Of a stretch of DNA of 64,000 nt, positions 40,302-49,934 are shown one piece after another (position 1 is the first letter of the stretch; each line of letters opens with the position of its first letter). The stretch spans positions 7,880 to 71,879 of the forward strand of contig CANQTN010000007.1 of NCBI GenBank assembly GCA_947626815.1. Direction: 5' to 3'. A model generated the notes under the pieces. It did not search any database, had not been told where the DNA came from, and worked only from the letters and a program-made list of their open reading frames with translations. Both the position numbers and the translations under genes were made by a program. Source of the stretch: an uncultured Clostridia bacterium. GTDB lineage: Bacteria; Bacillota; Clostridia; TANB77; CAG-508.

Positions 40302-40632
40302 TTTACATCAAACCTTTCTAATATCTATTGATATTATAATAATAAATTGGACAAAAAGCAAGTATTTTAAAAAATTGTTACAATTCAAAATGCTAGCTTC
40401 TATATTTTAAGCAAAAAGATGTTAAAATACAAAATACTAACTAGAAAAGATAAAAAAAATAAGCAAAAATTCTCAATTGTACTTGAGAATTTTTGCTCAG
40501 TTTTATGATTCTTCTGCAATATTAATCACATATATTGCGGAAGAACCAGTTTTATTATATAATTTTCATTGTTCTTAGTTGAATTAATAATACTTGCTTT
40601 CTAACTGCCATTTTAAAATCGGATATCCATTA

Positions 40633-42030
40633 TTAATTCCGTTTTGTATCTGCAGTAAATGCTTCTCCTAATTTATCAGCTATTACTTTTAATTCTTCTT
40701 TATTAGAATACCTTTGTACATTTATTTTACTCTGCTCAACTTGCACATTATCCACATCTTTAATTCCTTCTCCACACCAACAATGGCAATTTTCCACACT
40801 TCCAGCCCCAAATATGGTTCCCGCTATGCTCCCATGTCTCAAATTTTCTTCTCTTGATGTTTCTAATTTTGTTTTTCCTATATTATAACAGTTTTGAATT
40901 TCACACTTCAATTGACCAGTAACGCCACCAACTGCAGGCCAACTTTTATTAAAGTCTGTCTGCTTAGTCGTAATCTCTCCCGTATTATAACAGGAATTCA
41001 TTGAACCGTTCACTTCCCCAGCGATACCACCAGCCATTGGATTAGCTGCACCAGAAATATTTTCTATATTTCCAGAATTGTAGCAACCACTAATATCACA
41101 ACCATTGTCACCATAACCTAGGATGCCACCCACTGCTGCACCCCAATAGCTATCTGCAGTAACTGTAATAATACCTGAATTATAACATTCATAAATACAA
41201 CCACTACCCGAAACACATCCAACAATACCACCTATTAAAGATCTAGTCTTCTCTGTTTCATTCCATTTCCAATTGCAGCTGAAATTAGCATTATTATAAC
41301 ATCTCTCAATTCTACCTGAATTATCCCCACAAATAGCACCTAAATGAACACACTTATTTATTTGTGTAGTAGCTATTTCTAATGTTTCAATTCCAACATT
41401 TTTTATTGTTCCTTCATTATAGCCAAATAATCCAATAGCACTAGCTTGCTCATCGCTACCTATATATAAATTTTCTATTTTATGTTTTCCTCCATCAAAT
41501 GTTCCTTTAAATGGATGTTCTTGTGTTCCAATAGGAGTCCAGCCTCCATTTTTAGCTCCTCCCATATCTATATCTGCTGTTTGCTTAATTATTTTTCCTG
41601 TATAATCATCCCCGTTATTTACACTTTCTTTAAAGTTTTTAAAATCTTCTAAATTTCCTAATACAACATCTATTACTTTTTCTTCTGCTAAATTAAATTT
41701 TTCCTCTTTTTCTTCTACTTCTATTACTATATTTCCACTTTCTTCTTTTATCATTGCAAAGTATTTATCTATAGGCAATATTATACTTCCATTTGCATAA
41801 TATTTTACATTTTCATATTTTTTTGATAATTTACCTTGTAATTTATCCATATTAAAATCATTATTATTATCATAGCAGTCAAATATTTCGAATTGTATTT
41901 TTTCCTTTATTGCTTCTTTATTTGTCCTATCTGTGGCTGTTGCTGCTTTATTTAGTATTCCATCTTGTCCAGATAATGTTGATAGAGTTACTCCTACTAA
42001 TATTAACAATACTATTATTGTTATCACCAA
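40633..42030 (-). CDS. Surface protein with prepilin-like N-terminal segment and GLUG-motif repeats; TTG-initiated in this frame, out-of-frame ATG leader upstream
   Basis: N-terminus (N)GITLIALVITIIVLLILVGVTLSTLSGQDG. Seven GLUG-type repeats, for example IGGIVGCVSGSGCIYECYNSG and VGGILGYGDNGCDISGCYNSG. The body frame is closed by a TGA at 42052-42054, immediately upstream of NGITLIAL. A leader ORF starting ATG 42121 (MKNAIFEQEESKKNKKSCRKEKMKR) lies in the -1 frame relative to the body. Confidence 0.7.
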   Translation of the reverse strand: MVITIIVLLILVGVTLSTLSGQDGILNKAATATDRTNKEAIKEKIQFEIFDCYDNNNDFNMDKLQGKLSKKYENVKYYANGSIILPIDKYFAMIKEESGNIVIEVEEKEEKFNLAEEKVIDVVLGNLEDFKNFKESVNNGDDYTGKIIKQTADIDMGGAKNGGWTPIGTQEHPFKGTFDGGKHKIENLYIGSDEQASAIGLFGYNEGTIKNVGIETLEIATTQINKCVHLGAICGDNSGRIERCYNNANFSCNWKWNETEKTRSLIGGIVGCVSGSGCIYECYNSGIITVTADSYWGAAVGGILGYGDNGCDISGCYNSGNIENISGAANPMAGGIAGEVNGSMNSCYNTGEITTKQTDFNKSWPAVGGVTGQLKCEIQNCYNIGKTKLETSREENLRHGSIAGTIFGAGSVENCHCWCGEGIKDVDNVQVEQSKINVQRYSNKEELKVIADKLGEAFTADTKRN

Positions 42031-42305
42031 TGCTATTAATGTTATTCCGTTTCATTTTTTCCTTTCGACAAGATTTTTTATTCTTTTTGCTTTCCTCTTG
42101 TTCAAAAATTGCATTTTTCATCTGTATTTTTCCACCTTTCTTCCATTTCTGCTCCTTAGTATACTTTTAATCAATCTAATTTCAAATATGTTATTTACAT
42201 ATACCTACTATACATAATAGCAAACTATCTTATTAAAGTACATGACGAAATATACGAATTAAAGTGGATTAAAACAGATAAAAATCGCATAGTGCAAATG
42301 GTTAT

Positions 42306-42425
42306 GGATAATATATTATTTATGCAGTAACAATTCGGGGGGGACCAACAAAGTACAAATTGTTAATAAAATTTTAGATACAATATGTATGCAGTTGGGA
42401 GTTACAAATAAATAATATATTATCC
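42306..42425 (+). repeat. TIR-bounded repeat element, copy 4 (internally shortened, about 120 bp)
   Basis: Same TIRs and core as copies 1 and 2, but lacks about 19 bp of the central AT-rich part. Flanks form an additional perfect inverted repeat (AAATGGTTATGG / CCATAACCATTT). Confidence 0.8.
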
Positions 42426-42445
42426 ATAACCATTTACACTATAAC

Positions 42446-42474
42446 TTGCAAAAAAAATATATAAATGTTAGAAT
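42446..42474 (+). promoter_or_regulatory. Putative sigma-A promoter of NRPS gene
   Basis: TTGCAA - 17 nt - TAGAAT, 35 nt upstream of the 42510 ATG. RBS AAAAGGATAAAAAA. Confidence 0.45.
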
Positions 42475-42509
42475 ACAAATATAATATTAAGAAATAAAAG
42501 GATAAAAAA

Positions 42510-45500
42510 ATGGAAGAATTAACAAAAGCACAAAAACTAATATGGATCACAGAACAATATTACAAAAACACAAGTATAAACATAATATCAGGAACTGCAA
42601 TATTTGAAGAAAAAATGGACTTTAAAAATTTAAAAAAAGCAATAGAAATAGTATGCACAGAAAACGACAATTTTAGACTAAAATTCAAGATCAAAGATGG
42701 AAAATTAATGCAATATATATCAAAAGATGAAATACAAATAAAAATTATAGAAGTAAAAGACTATAATGAAATGCTAAAAGAAAGAGAAAAAATAATAAAA
42801 AAACCATTTACCATAGAAGATTCTATATTATTCAATTTTGATATATATAAATTTAATGACGAAACAGGAGCAATGGTACTTACAATGCACCATTTAATAG
42901 GTGATGGATGGACAAATGCACTTGTATGTCAAGAAGTAGCAAGAATATATAATAAATTAATAAAAAAAGAATATACCGAAGATGAAAAAGTTAATTCTTA
43001 CATTGAATATGCAAAAATAGAACAAGAATATATAAAATCAGAAAGATTTCAAAAAGATAAAAAATATTGGGAAGAAAAATTTAAAAAAATACCAGAAACT
43101 GCAGTAATTCCAGGAAGCAAAACAGAAAGTAATATAATAGACAATCCAAAAGCAAAAAGAAAAGAATACCAAATAGAACAAAAAGAAATAGAAAAATTAA
43201 AAGAATACTGTAAAATTAATAAAATTTCTTTATACAATTTTTTCATGGCAATTTATGCAATATATATTTCAGAAATTACAAACTTAGACGAGTTTGTAAT
43301 AGGAACTCCAACATTAAACAGATCAAATGCTAAAGAAAAAAATACAATGGGAATGTTTATAAATATGTTACCATTAAAAATAAACTTATCAGAAGCAGAA
43401 GATTTCAAAACATTCATAAAAAACATTTCAACAAGTTGTTTAGGTATGTTAAAACATCAAAAATATACATATCAATGCCTATTAGAAAATTTGAGAGAAA
43501 AATATAAAAACATACCAAAATTATATAATATACTGCTATCATACCAAATAACAAATACAACATCAACTAAAGAAAATACTAAATATCGAACAGAATGGAC
43601 TTTTAATGGATACTGTGCAGAAGATATGGATATTCAAATTTTTGACTTAAATGACACAGGAAATTTGAATATAGCTTATGATTATAGAATAAGTAAATAT
43701 AGCGAAGAAGATATTGAAAAAATTCATAAAAGAATATTAAATATAATAAAACAAGTAATAAAACAAGAAAATATTTTATTAAAAAATATTGATATAGTAA
43801 CACCAGAGGAAAAAGAAATACTTATAAATACATTTAATAAAACAAAATTAGAATATGACAATACAAAAACAATAATACAATTATTTGAAGAACAAGTAGA
43901 AAAAACACCAAATAAAGTAGCAATAATATGTAACAAAAAGAAATTAACATATAAAGAATTAAATCAAAAAACAAATATGCTAGCAAGTGAAATGCTTCTA
44001 AAAGATGTAAAACCAAATGACATTATAGGAATAATGTTAAATCGTTCAGTAGAAATGATAATAGCAATACTTGCAACACTTAAATGTGGTGCAACATATT
44101 TACCAATAGACCCTGAATATCCACAAGAACGTATATCATATATGATAGAAAATAGTCAAGCAAAATTAATATTAACAAACCAAAATACACAATATTATGT
44201 ACCAAAAAATTGCTTAAACATAAATTTAGAATATATTAAAAATAAAAACATAGAAAATAAAAATATAAAAATACAATCAACATCACTTGCGTATTTAATA
44301 TATACGTCAGGATCTACAGGAAAACCAAAAGGAGTAAAAATAACACATAAAAATTTGAACAATTTTATACAAGGTGTAAAACAAAAAATAGACTTTAATT
44401 CCAAAAAAGTCATGGTATCATTAACAACTATTTGTTTTGACATATTTGGATTAGAAATATGGTGTGCACTAAGTAATGGATTAACATTAGTTATTGCTAA
44501 TGAAGAAGAGCAAAATAATCCAGAATTATTAAATAAATTATGCATAGAAAACAATGTAAATATAATGCAAACAACTCCATCAAGATATTCAATAATATTT
44601 GAAGAAAAAAATAATTTAAAATTTTTAGAAAATATTACAGATATATTAATAGGTGGAGAAGCTGTAAACAAAAAAATATTAGAAACAATACAAAAAAATT
44701 CAAAAGCAAGAATATTTAATATGTATGGTCCAACAGAAACTACAATTTGGTCAACAATAAAAGAATTAACAAATGAGGAAAATATAACAATAGGTAAACC
44801 AATTGCAAATACACAATGTTATATATTAAATAAGAATAAGAAAGCATTGCCAATAGGAGTAGCTGGTGAATTATATATAGGAGGAGACGGAGTTTCAAAA
44901 GGTTATTTAAATAGAGAAAACTTAAATAAAGAAAAATTTATACAATCACCATTTATAAATGGAGAAAAGATATATAATACAGGAGATTTGGCAGTTTTTA
45001 CAGAAAATGGAGAAATAATGCATTTAGGTAGAACAGACTTTCAAGTAAAAATTAGAGGTTTTAGAGTAGAACTTGGAGAAATAGAAAATGCAATAGAAAA
45101 AAATACAAAAGTAATTAAAACAGTAGTTGCAAAACAAAAAATGAAAAATGGAAATGATGCACTTATTGCATATTATACAGCAAATACAGAACAAAATATA
45201 AATAAAGAACTAAAAGAAGAATTAAAACAATGTCTGCCACAATATATGGTTCCACAATATTTTGTAAAACTAGAAAAAATGCCATATACACCAAATGGAA
45301 AAATAGATAGAAAAGCATTACCAGAACCAGAAAAACAAGATAATAAAAAAGAAATAATAAAACCAAGAAACAAATTAGACAAAGAACTAATACAAATTAT
45401 TAAAGAAGTGTTAAAAGAAGAAAAAATAAGCATATTAGATACATTAACAGATTTAGGAGCAGATTCGCTAAATGCTATAACAATATCAATAAAAATATTA

Positions 45501-48500
45501 TCAAAATATAAAGTGCAAGTAAATATAAAAAATTTATTGTCTAATTATACAATAAAAGATATATCAGATTATATAGAAAAAAATGGTGATAAAAAAGTTG
45601 ATAAATTGAAAATAGCAAAAGCACCAGAAAAAGAAGACTATCCAATGTCATCAGCACAAAAAAGAATATATTATAATTGTAAATTAATAGGAGAAAATAA
45701 CACAGTATATAATATGCCAGGAGCAATAATAATTCCTGAAAGAGTAAATAAAAACAAAATAAAAGATATATTCCAAAAAATAATTGAAAGACATAGTGTA
45801 TTAAGAACAGAGTTTGTTTTAAAAGAAAATGAAGTTGTTCAAAAAATACAAGAAAAAGTAGACCTAAAATTACCAATATATCAAAATAAAGAAGAAGATA
45901 TACCAAGTATTATAGAAAATTTTGCAAAACCATTTAATTTAGAAAAAGCCCCTTTATTAAGAATAGAAATACATTATATTGAAAATAAAAAAACATTATT
46001 ATTATTCGAAACTCATCATATAATAATGGATGGAACCTCACTAAATAATATGATTTCAGAGTTTAGTAGATTATATAATGGAGAAAATTTAGAAATAGTT
46101 CCAATTCAATATAAAGATTATGCTGTATGGGAAAATAATTATAACCAAAGTGAAAATATAAAACAAGCAGAAAATTACTGGCTAAATAAATTTAAAGACT
46201 CAGAATTTTCACAATTAAATTTACCATATGACTATAAAATACCTACTACAAGAAGTTATAAAGGTAATAAAATAAGCAATATACTTGAAAAAGAAGAATT
46301 TGAGAAAATTGAAAACACTGCAAAAGAAATGGGAATTTCTCCTTATATATTATTTATGAGCGCATTTTTAATATTATTATATAAATATACTGGACAAGAA
46401 GAAATTATTTTAGGTACACCAATTGCCAATAGAGATATAGAAGAAACTGAGAAAATGCTTGGAATGTTTGTAAATAATATTGCAATAAGGGGAAATGTTA
46501 ATACAAAATTAACATTTAAAGAATTTGCAACAAAAATAAAAGAACAAATATTAGATGACTTATCATTTCAACCATATCCATATGATATGCTAGTAAAAAA
46601 ATTAGGACTAGGTGGAGATAATTCAAAAAATCCATTATTTGATGTAATGTTCACATATCAAAACAATGAAACAAAAGATATAACATTACATGAAGAAAAA
46701 GCTCAAATTTTAGAACTAAATAATAAAATATCTAAATTTAATTTATCATTTGAAATAAAACCAAAAACACATGCAATTAACATTGAATATTGCACAGATT
46801 TATTTAAAAAACAAACAATAGATAGATTATTTGAACATTATATGAATATTATAAAAACAATTATTTTTAATGACAATATAAAAATTGAAGATATTTCTAT
46901 AATTTCAGAAAAAGAAAAAAATAAAATTTTATATGAATTTAATGATACAAAAGTTAATTTCATGCAAAATAAAACAGTAATAGATATGATTGAAGAACAA
47001 GTAGAAAAAAATCCTAATAAAGTTGCTGTTATATTTGAAAATGAAAAAATAACATATAAAATGCTAAATGAAAAAGCAAATCAATTGGCAAGTTATATAA
47101 GAAAAATGGGAATAGAACCAAATGATATAGTAGGAATAATGTTACCAAGATCATTTGAAGTAATAAGTACAATTATTGGTGTAATGAAAGCAGGTGCTTG
47201 CTATATACCAATAGATCCAACTTACCCAAAAGAAAGAATACAATATATGCTAGAAGATAGTAATGCAAAAATACTTATAACAAATGATGAATTATATAAT
47301 AATATAAAACATAAGAACAAAATATGTGCTAATTATGATAATTTTGATATATACAAAGAAGAAACAAATAACTTAAACAAAATTAATAAACAAGAAGATT
47401 TAGCATATGTAATTTATACATCTGGTTCAACAGGAAAGCCAAAAGGTGTAAAAATTACACATAAGAATTTATTTAATTTTATAAATGGAATAAAAAAAGT
47501 AGTAGATTTTAATAAAAACAAAGTAATGGTTTCTGTTACAACAATTTGTTTTGATATATTTGGGTTAGAAATGTGGGGAACATTAACATCAGGAATGACA
47601 TTAGTTATGGCAAATGAAAATGAACAAAATATTCCATCATTATTAAATCAATTATGTATAAAACATAATGTAAATATGATACAAACAACCCCATCAAGAT
47701 ATGCATTAATATTAGAAGAAGATAAAAATGGCGAGTTTTTAGAAAATATAACAGATATATTAGTTGGTGGTGAACCTGTAAGTGAAGGGCTAATGCAAAA
47801 CATAAAATCAAAATGTCATGCAAAAATTTTTGATTTATATGGACCAACAGAAACAACAATATGGTCAACAGCAAAAGAATTGACAAATGAAGAAACAGTA
47901 ACAATAGGGTATCCTATTGCAAATACACAAGTATATGTATTAGATAAAGAACTCCAAGTAGTACCAATAGGAATTGCCGGAGAACTATATATTGCAGGCG
48001 ATGGTGTAGGACAAGGATATATAAATAGAGAAGAAATAACAAAAGAAAGATATATTAAGAATCCATATGTAGAAAATAGCATTATGTATAAAACAGGAGA
48101 TATTTGCAAGTTTGAAAAAACAGGAGAGTTATGTTATTTAGGTAGAGAAGATGGACAGGTAAAGGTAAGAGGATTAAGAATTGAATTAGAAGAGATAGAA
48201 AATAAAATATTAGAATTTCATAATATAAAAAAAGCTAAAGTTGTTAAGCAACAAATAGGAAATAGAGAAATAATTTCTGCATATTACATATCAAACAAAA
48301 GAATTGAAATAACAGAATTAAGAAGTCATCTGCACAAATATTTACCTAATTATATGATTCCATCTTATTATACTGCTTTAGATGAATTTCCATATACTCC
48401 AAATGGAAAAATTGACAAAAATTCATTACCAATTCCAAATGGAATATTGCAAAATGAAAAATCACAATATATAGCACCAAAAACAAATTTAGAAATAAAA

Positions 48501-49934
48501 TTAGTTGCTATATGGGAAGAAATTTTAAATACAAAACCAATAGGAATAAAAGATAATTTCTTTGAACTAGGTGGAGATTCAATTTTAGCAATGAATTTAA
48601 ATATGAAAATATTAAAACTTACAGACAAAATAAAATATTCTGACATTTTTACATATCCTACAATTTTAGAATTAGCAGAAAAAATTGAATCAGATTTAAA
48701 ACAAGAAACTAAAGACAATATAAATTGTTTGGAAAATCAATATAAAGAAATATTAGAAAATAATATGATAATTCCAAAAGAAATACAATATCATAAACCA
48801 GGAAATATATTATTAACAGGTGCAACTGGATTTTTAGGAATACATATATTAGAAAAATTATTAACAAAAGAAACAGGTCAAATATATATTTTAGTAAGAA
48901 AAGAACCTGGATTTAGTATAAAAGAAAAGTGTTTGAATAAATTACATTATTATTTTGGAAATAAATATGATAAGTACATTGATAACAAAATAAAAATTAT
49001 ACAAGCAGACATTACCCAAGATGGTTTTGGATTAAATCAGGAAGAATTATTTAAGCTTGGAAATTCTATAGATGCAATAATAAATTCTGTAGCAAAAGTT
49101 TCACACTATGGTAGTTATAAAGAATTTTATAATGTAAATGTAAAGAGTGTAGAAAAAATAATTGATTTTGCAAATGCATTTAATAAAAAAGTTTTTCATA
49201 TTTCAACATTAAGTGTATCAGGAAATGCATTAGTTGATCAACATTATGCAGAGCAAAAATTTGAACATGAAGTAAAATATTGTGAAAATAATTTCTATAT
49301 AGGACAAAGTCTAGAAAATGTATATGTTAGAAGTAAATTTGAAGCGGAGAGAAAAATACTTGATGCCATTGCAAATGGAACAGATGCATATATTTTAAGA
49401 ATGGGAAATTTAATGCCACGATTATCAGATGGAAAATTTCAAGAAAATATAAATCAAAATGCATATATTAGTAGATTAAAAACATTTGATGAATTACAAT
49501 GCATACCAGAATATTTAGAAAATAATTATTTGGAACTAACACCAATAGATTGCTCAGCAGAAGCAATATTAAAAATAATACAATATTCAAATAAAAACAA
49601 TAGAATATATCATATTTTCAACCATAATTATATATTTATAACAGATTTATTGAAAATAATGAATGAATTAAAATTTAATTTAAAATCTATAAAAAACGAT
49701 GAGTTTAAAGAAATAATAAGAACAATACTAAAAGGTTCTAATTCAGACAAATTAAATGCAATAATAAATGATCTTGATAAAGATTTAAATTTGAATTATG
49801 ACAGCAAAATAAAATTAGATTCAAAACATAGTATATCATTACTAAAACTTTATGGATTTGAATGGCCTACAATAGAAAAAAAATATATTAAAAATTTACT
49901 AAAGCTAATTAAAGGAGAAAAAGAAAATGACTAA
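42510..49934 (+). CDS. Dimodular nonribosomal peptide synthetase C-A-T-C-A-T-R (terminal thioester reductase)
   Basis: C domains HHLIGDGWT and HHIIMDGTS. A domains LAYLIYTSGSTGKPKGV / LAYVIYTSGSTGKPKGV, YNTGDL / YKTGDI, GRTDFQVKIRGFRVELGEIE / GREDGQVKVRGLRIELEEIE. PCP sites LGADSLNAI and LGGDSILAM. C-terminal reductase domain with NAD(P) Rossmann motif LLTGATGFLGIHILEKLL. Confidence 0.9.
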   Translation: MEELTKAQKLIWITEQYYKNTSINIISGTAIFEEKMDFKNLKKAIEIVCTENDNFRLKFKIKDGKLMQYISKDEIQIKIIEVKDYNEMLKEREKIIKKPFTIEDSILFNFDIYKFNDETGAMVLTMHHLIGDGWTNALVCQEVARIYNKLIKKEYTEDEKVNSYIEYAKIEQEYIKSERFQKDKKYWEEKFKKIPETAVIPGSKTESNIIDNPKAKRKEYQIEQKEIEKLKEYCKINKISLYNFFMAIYAIYISEITNLDEFVIGTPTLNRSNAKEKNTMGMFINMLPLKINLSEAEDFKTFIKNISTSCLGMLKHQKYTYQCLLENLREKYKNIPKLYNILLSYQITNTTSTKENTKYRTEWTFNGYCAEDMDIQIFDLNDTGNLNIAYDYRISKYSEEDIEKIHKRILNIIKQVIKQENILLKNIDIVTPEEKEILINTFNKTKLEYDNTKTIIQLFEEQVEKTPNKVAIICNKKKLTYKELNQKTNMLASEMLLKDVKPNDIIGIMLNRSVEMIIAILATLKCGATYLPIDPEYPQERISYMIENSQAKLILTNQNTQYYVPKNCLNINLEYIKNKNIENKNIKIQSTSLAYLIYTSGSTGKPKGVKITHKNLNNFIQGVKQKIDFNSKKVMVSLTTICFDIFGLEIWCALSNGLTLVIANEEEQNNPELLNKLCIENNVNIMQTTPSRYSIIFEEKNNLKFLENITDILIGGEAVNKKILETIQKNSKARIFNMYGPTETTIWSTIKELTNEENITIGKPIANTQCYILNKNKKALPIGVAGELYIGGDGVSKGYLNRENLNKEKFIQSPFINGEKIYNTGDLAVFTENGEIMHLGRTDFQVKIRGFRVELGEIENAIEKNTKVIKTVVAKQKMKNGNDALIAYYTANTEQNINKELKEELKQCLPQYMVPQYFVKLEKMPYTPNGKIDRKALPEPEKQDNKKEIIKPRNKLDKELIQIIKEVLKEEKISILDTLTDLGADSLNAITISIKILSKYKVQVNIKNLLSNYTIKDISDYIEKNGDKKVDKLKIAKAPEKEDYPMSSAQKRIYYNCKLIGENNTVYNMPGAIIIPERVNKNKIKDIFQKIIERHSVLRTEFVLKENEVVQKIQEKVDLKLPIYQNKEEDIPSIIENFAKPFNLEKAPLLRIEIHYIENKKTLLLFETHHIIMDGTSLNNMISEFSRLYNGENLEIVPIQYKDYAVWENNYNQSENIKQAENYWLNKFKDSEFSQLNLPYDYKIPTTRSYKGNKISNILEKEEFEKIENTAKEMGISPYILFMSAFLILLYKYTGQEEIILGTPIANRDIEETEKMLGMFVNNIAIRGNVNTKLTFKEFATKIKEQILDDLSFQPYPYDMLVKKLGLGGDNSKNPLFDVMFTYQNNETKDITLHEEKAQILELNNKISKFNLSFEIKPKTHAINIEYCTDLFKKQTIDRLFEHYMNIIKTIIFNDNIKIEDISIISEKEKNKILYEFNDTKVNFMQNKTVIDMIEEQVEKNPNKVAVIFENEKITYKMLNEKANQLASYIRKMGIEPNDIVGIMLPRSFEVISTIIGVMKAGACYIPIDPTYPKERIQYMLEDSNAKILITNDELYNNIKHKNKICANYDNFDIYKEETNNLNKINKQEDLAYVIYTSGSTGKPKGVKITHKNLFNFINGIKKVVDFNKNKVMVSVTTICFDIFGLEMWGTLTSGMTLVMANENEQNIPSLLNQLCIKHNVNMIQTTPSRYALILEEDKNGEFLENITDILVGGEPVSEGLMQNIKSKCHAKIFDLYGPTETTIWSTAKELTNEETVTIGYPIANTQVYVLDKELQVVPIGIAGELYIAGDGVGQGYINREEITKERYIKNPYVENSIMYKTGDICKFEKTGELCYLGREDGQVKVRGLRIELEEIENKILEFHNIKKAKVVKQQIGNREIISAYYISNKRIEITELRSHLHKYLPNYMIPSYYTALDEFPYTPNGKIDKNSLPIPNGILQNEKSQYIAPKTNLEIKLVAIWEEILNTKPIGIKDNFFELGGDSILAMNLNMKILKLTDKIKYSDIFTYPTILELAEKIESDLKQETKDNINCLENQYKEILENNMIIPKEIQYHKPGNILLTGATGFLGIHILEKLLTKETGQIYILVRKEPGFSIKEKCLNKLHYYFGNKYDKYIDNKIKIIQADITQDGFGLNQEELFKLGNSIDAIINSVAKVSHYGSYKEFYNVNVKSVEKIIDFANAFNKKVFHISTLSVSGNALVDQHYAEQKFEHEVKYCENNFYIGQSLENVYVRSKFEAERKILDAIANGTDAYILRMGNLMPRLSDGKFQENINQNAYISRLKTFDELQCIPEYLENNYLELTPIDCSAEAILKIIQYSNKNNRIYHIFNHNYIFITDLLKIMNELKFNLKSIKNDEFKEIIRTILKGSNSDKLNAIINDLDKDLNLNYDSKIKLDSKHSISLLKLYGFEWPTIEKKYIKNLLKLIKGEKEND

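Noticed and set aside
42040-42060. Possible UGA recoding (alternative genetic code) to explain the in-frame TGA before NGITLIAL
   Set aside because: All long ORFs in the window, including the 7.4-kb NRPS gene, terminate or are bounded consistently under the standard code, so TGA is functioning as a stop. A frameshift or slippage explanation fits better.
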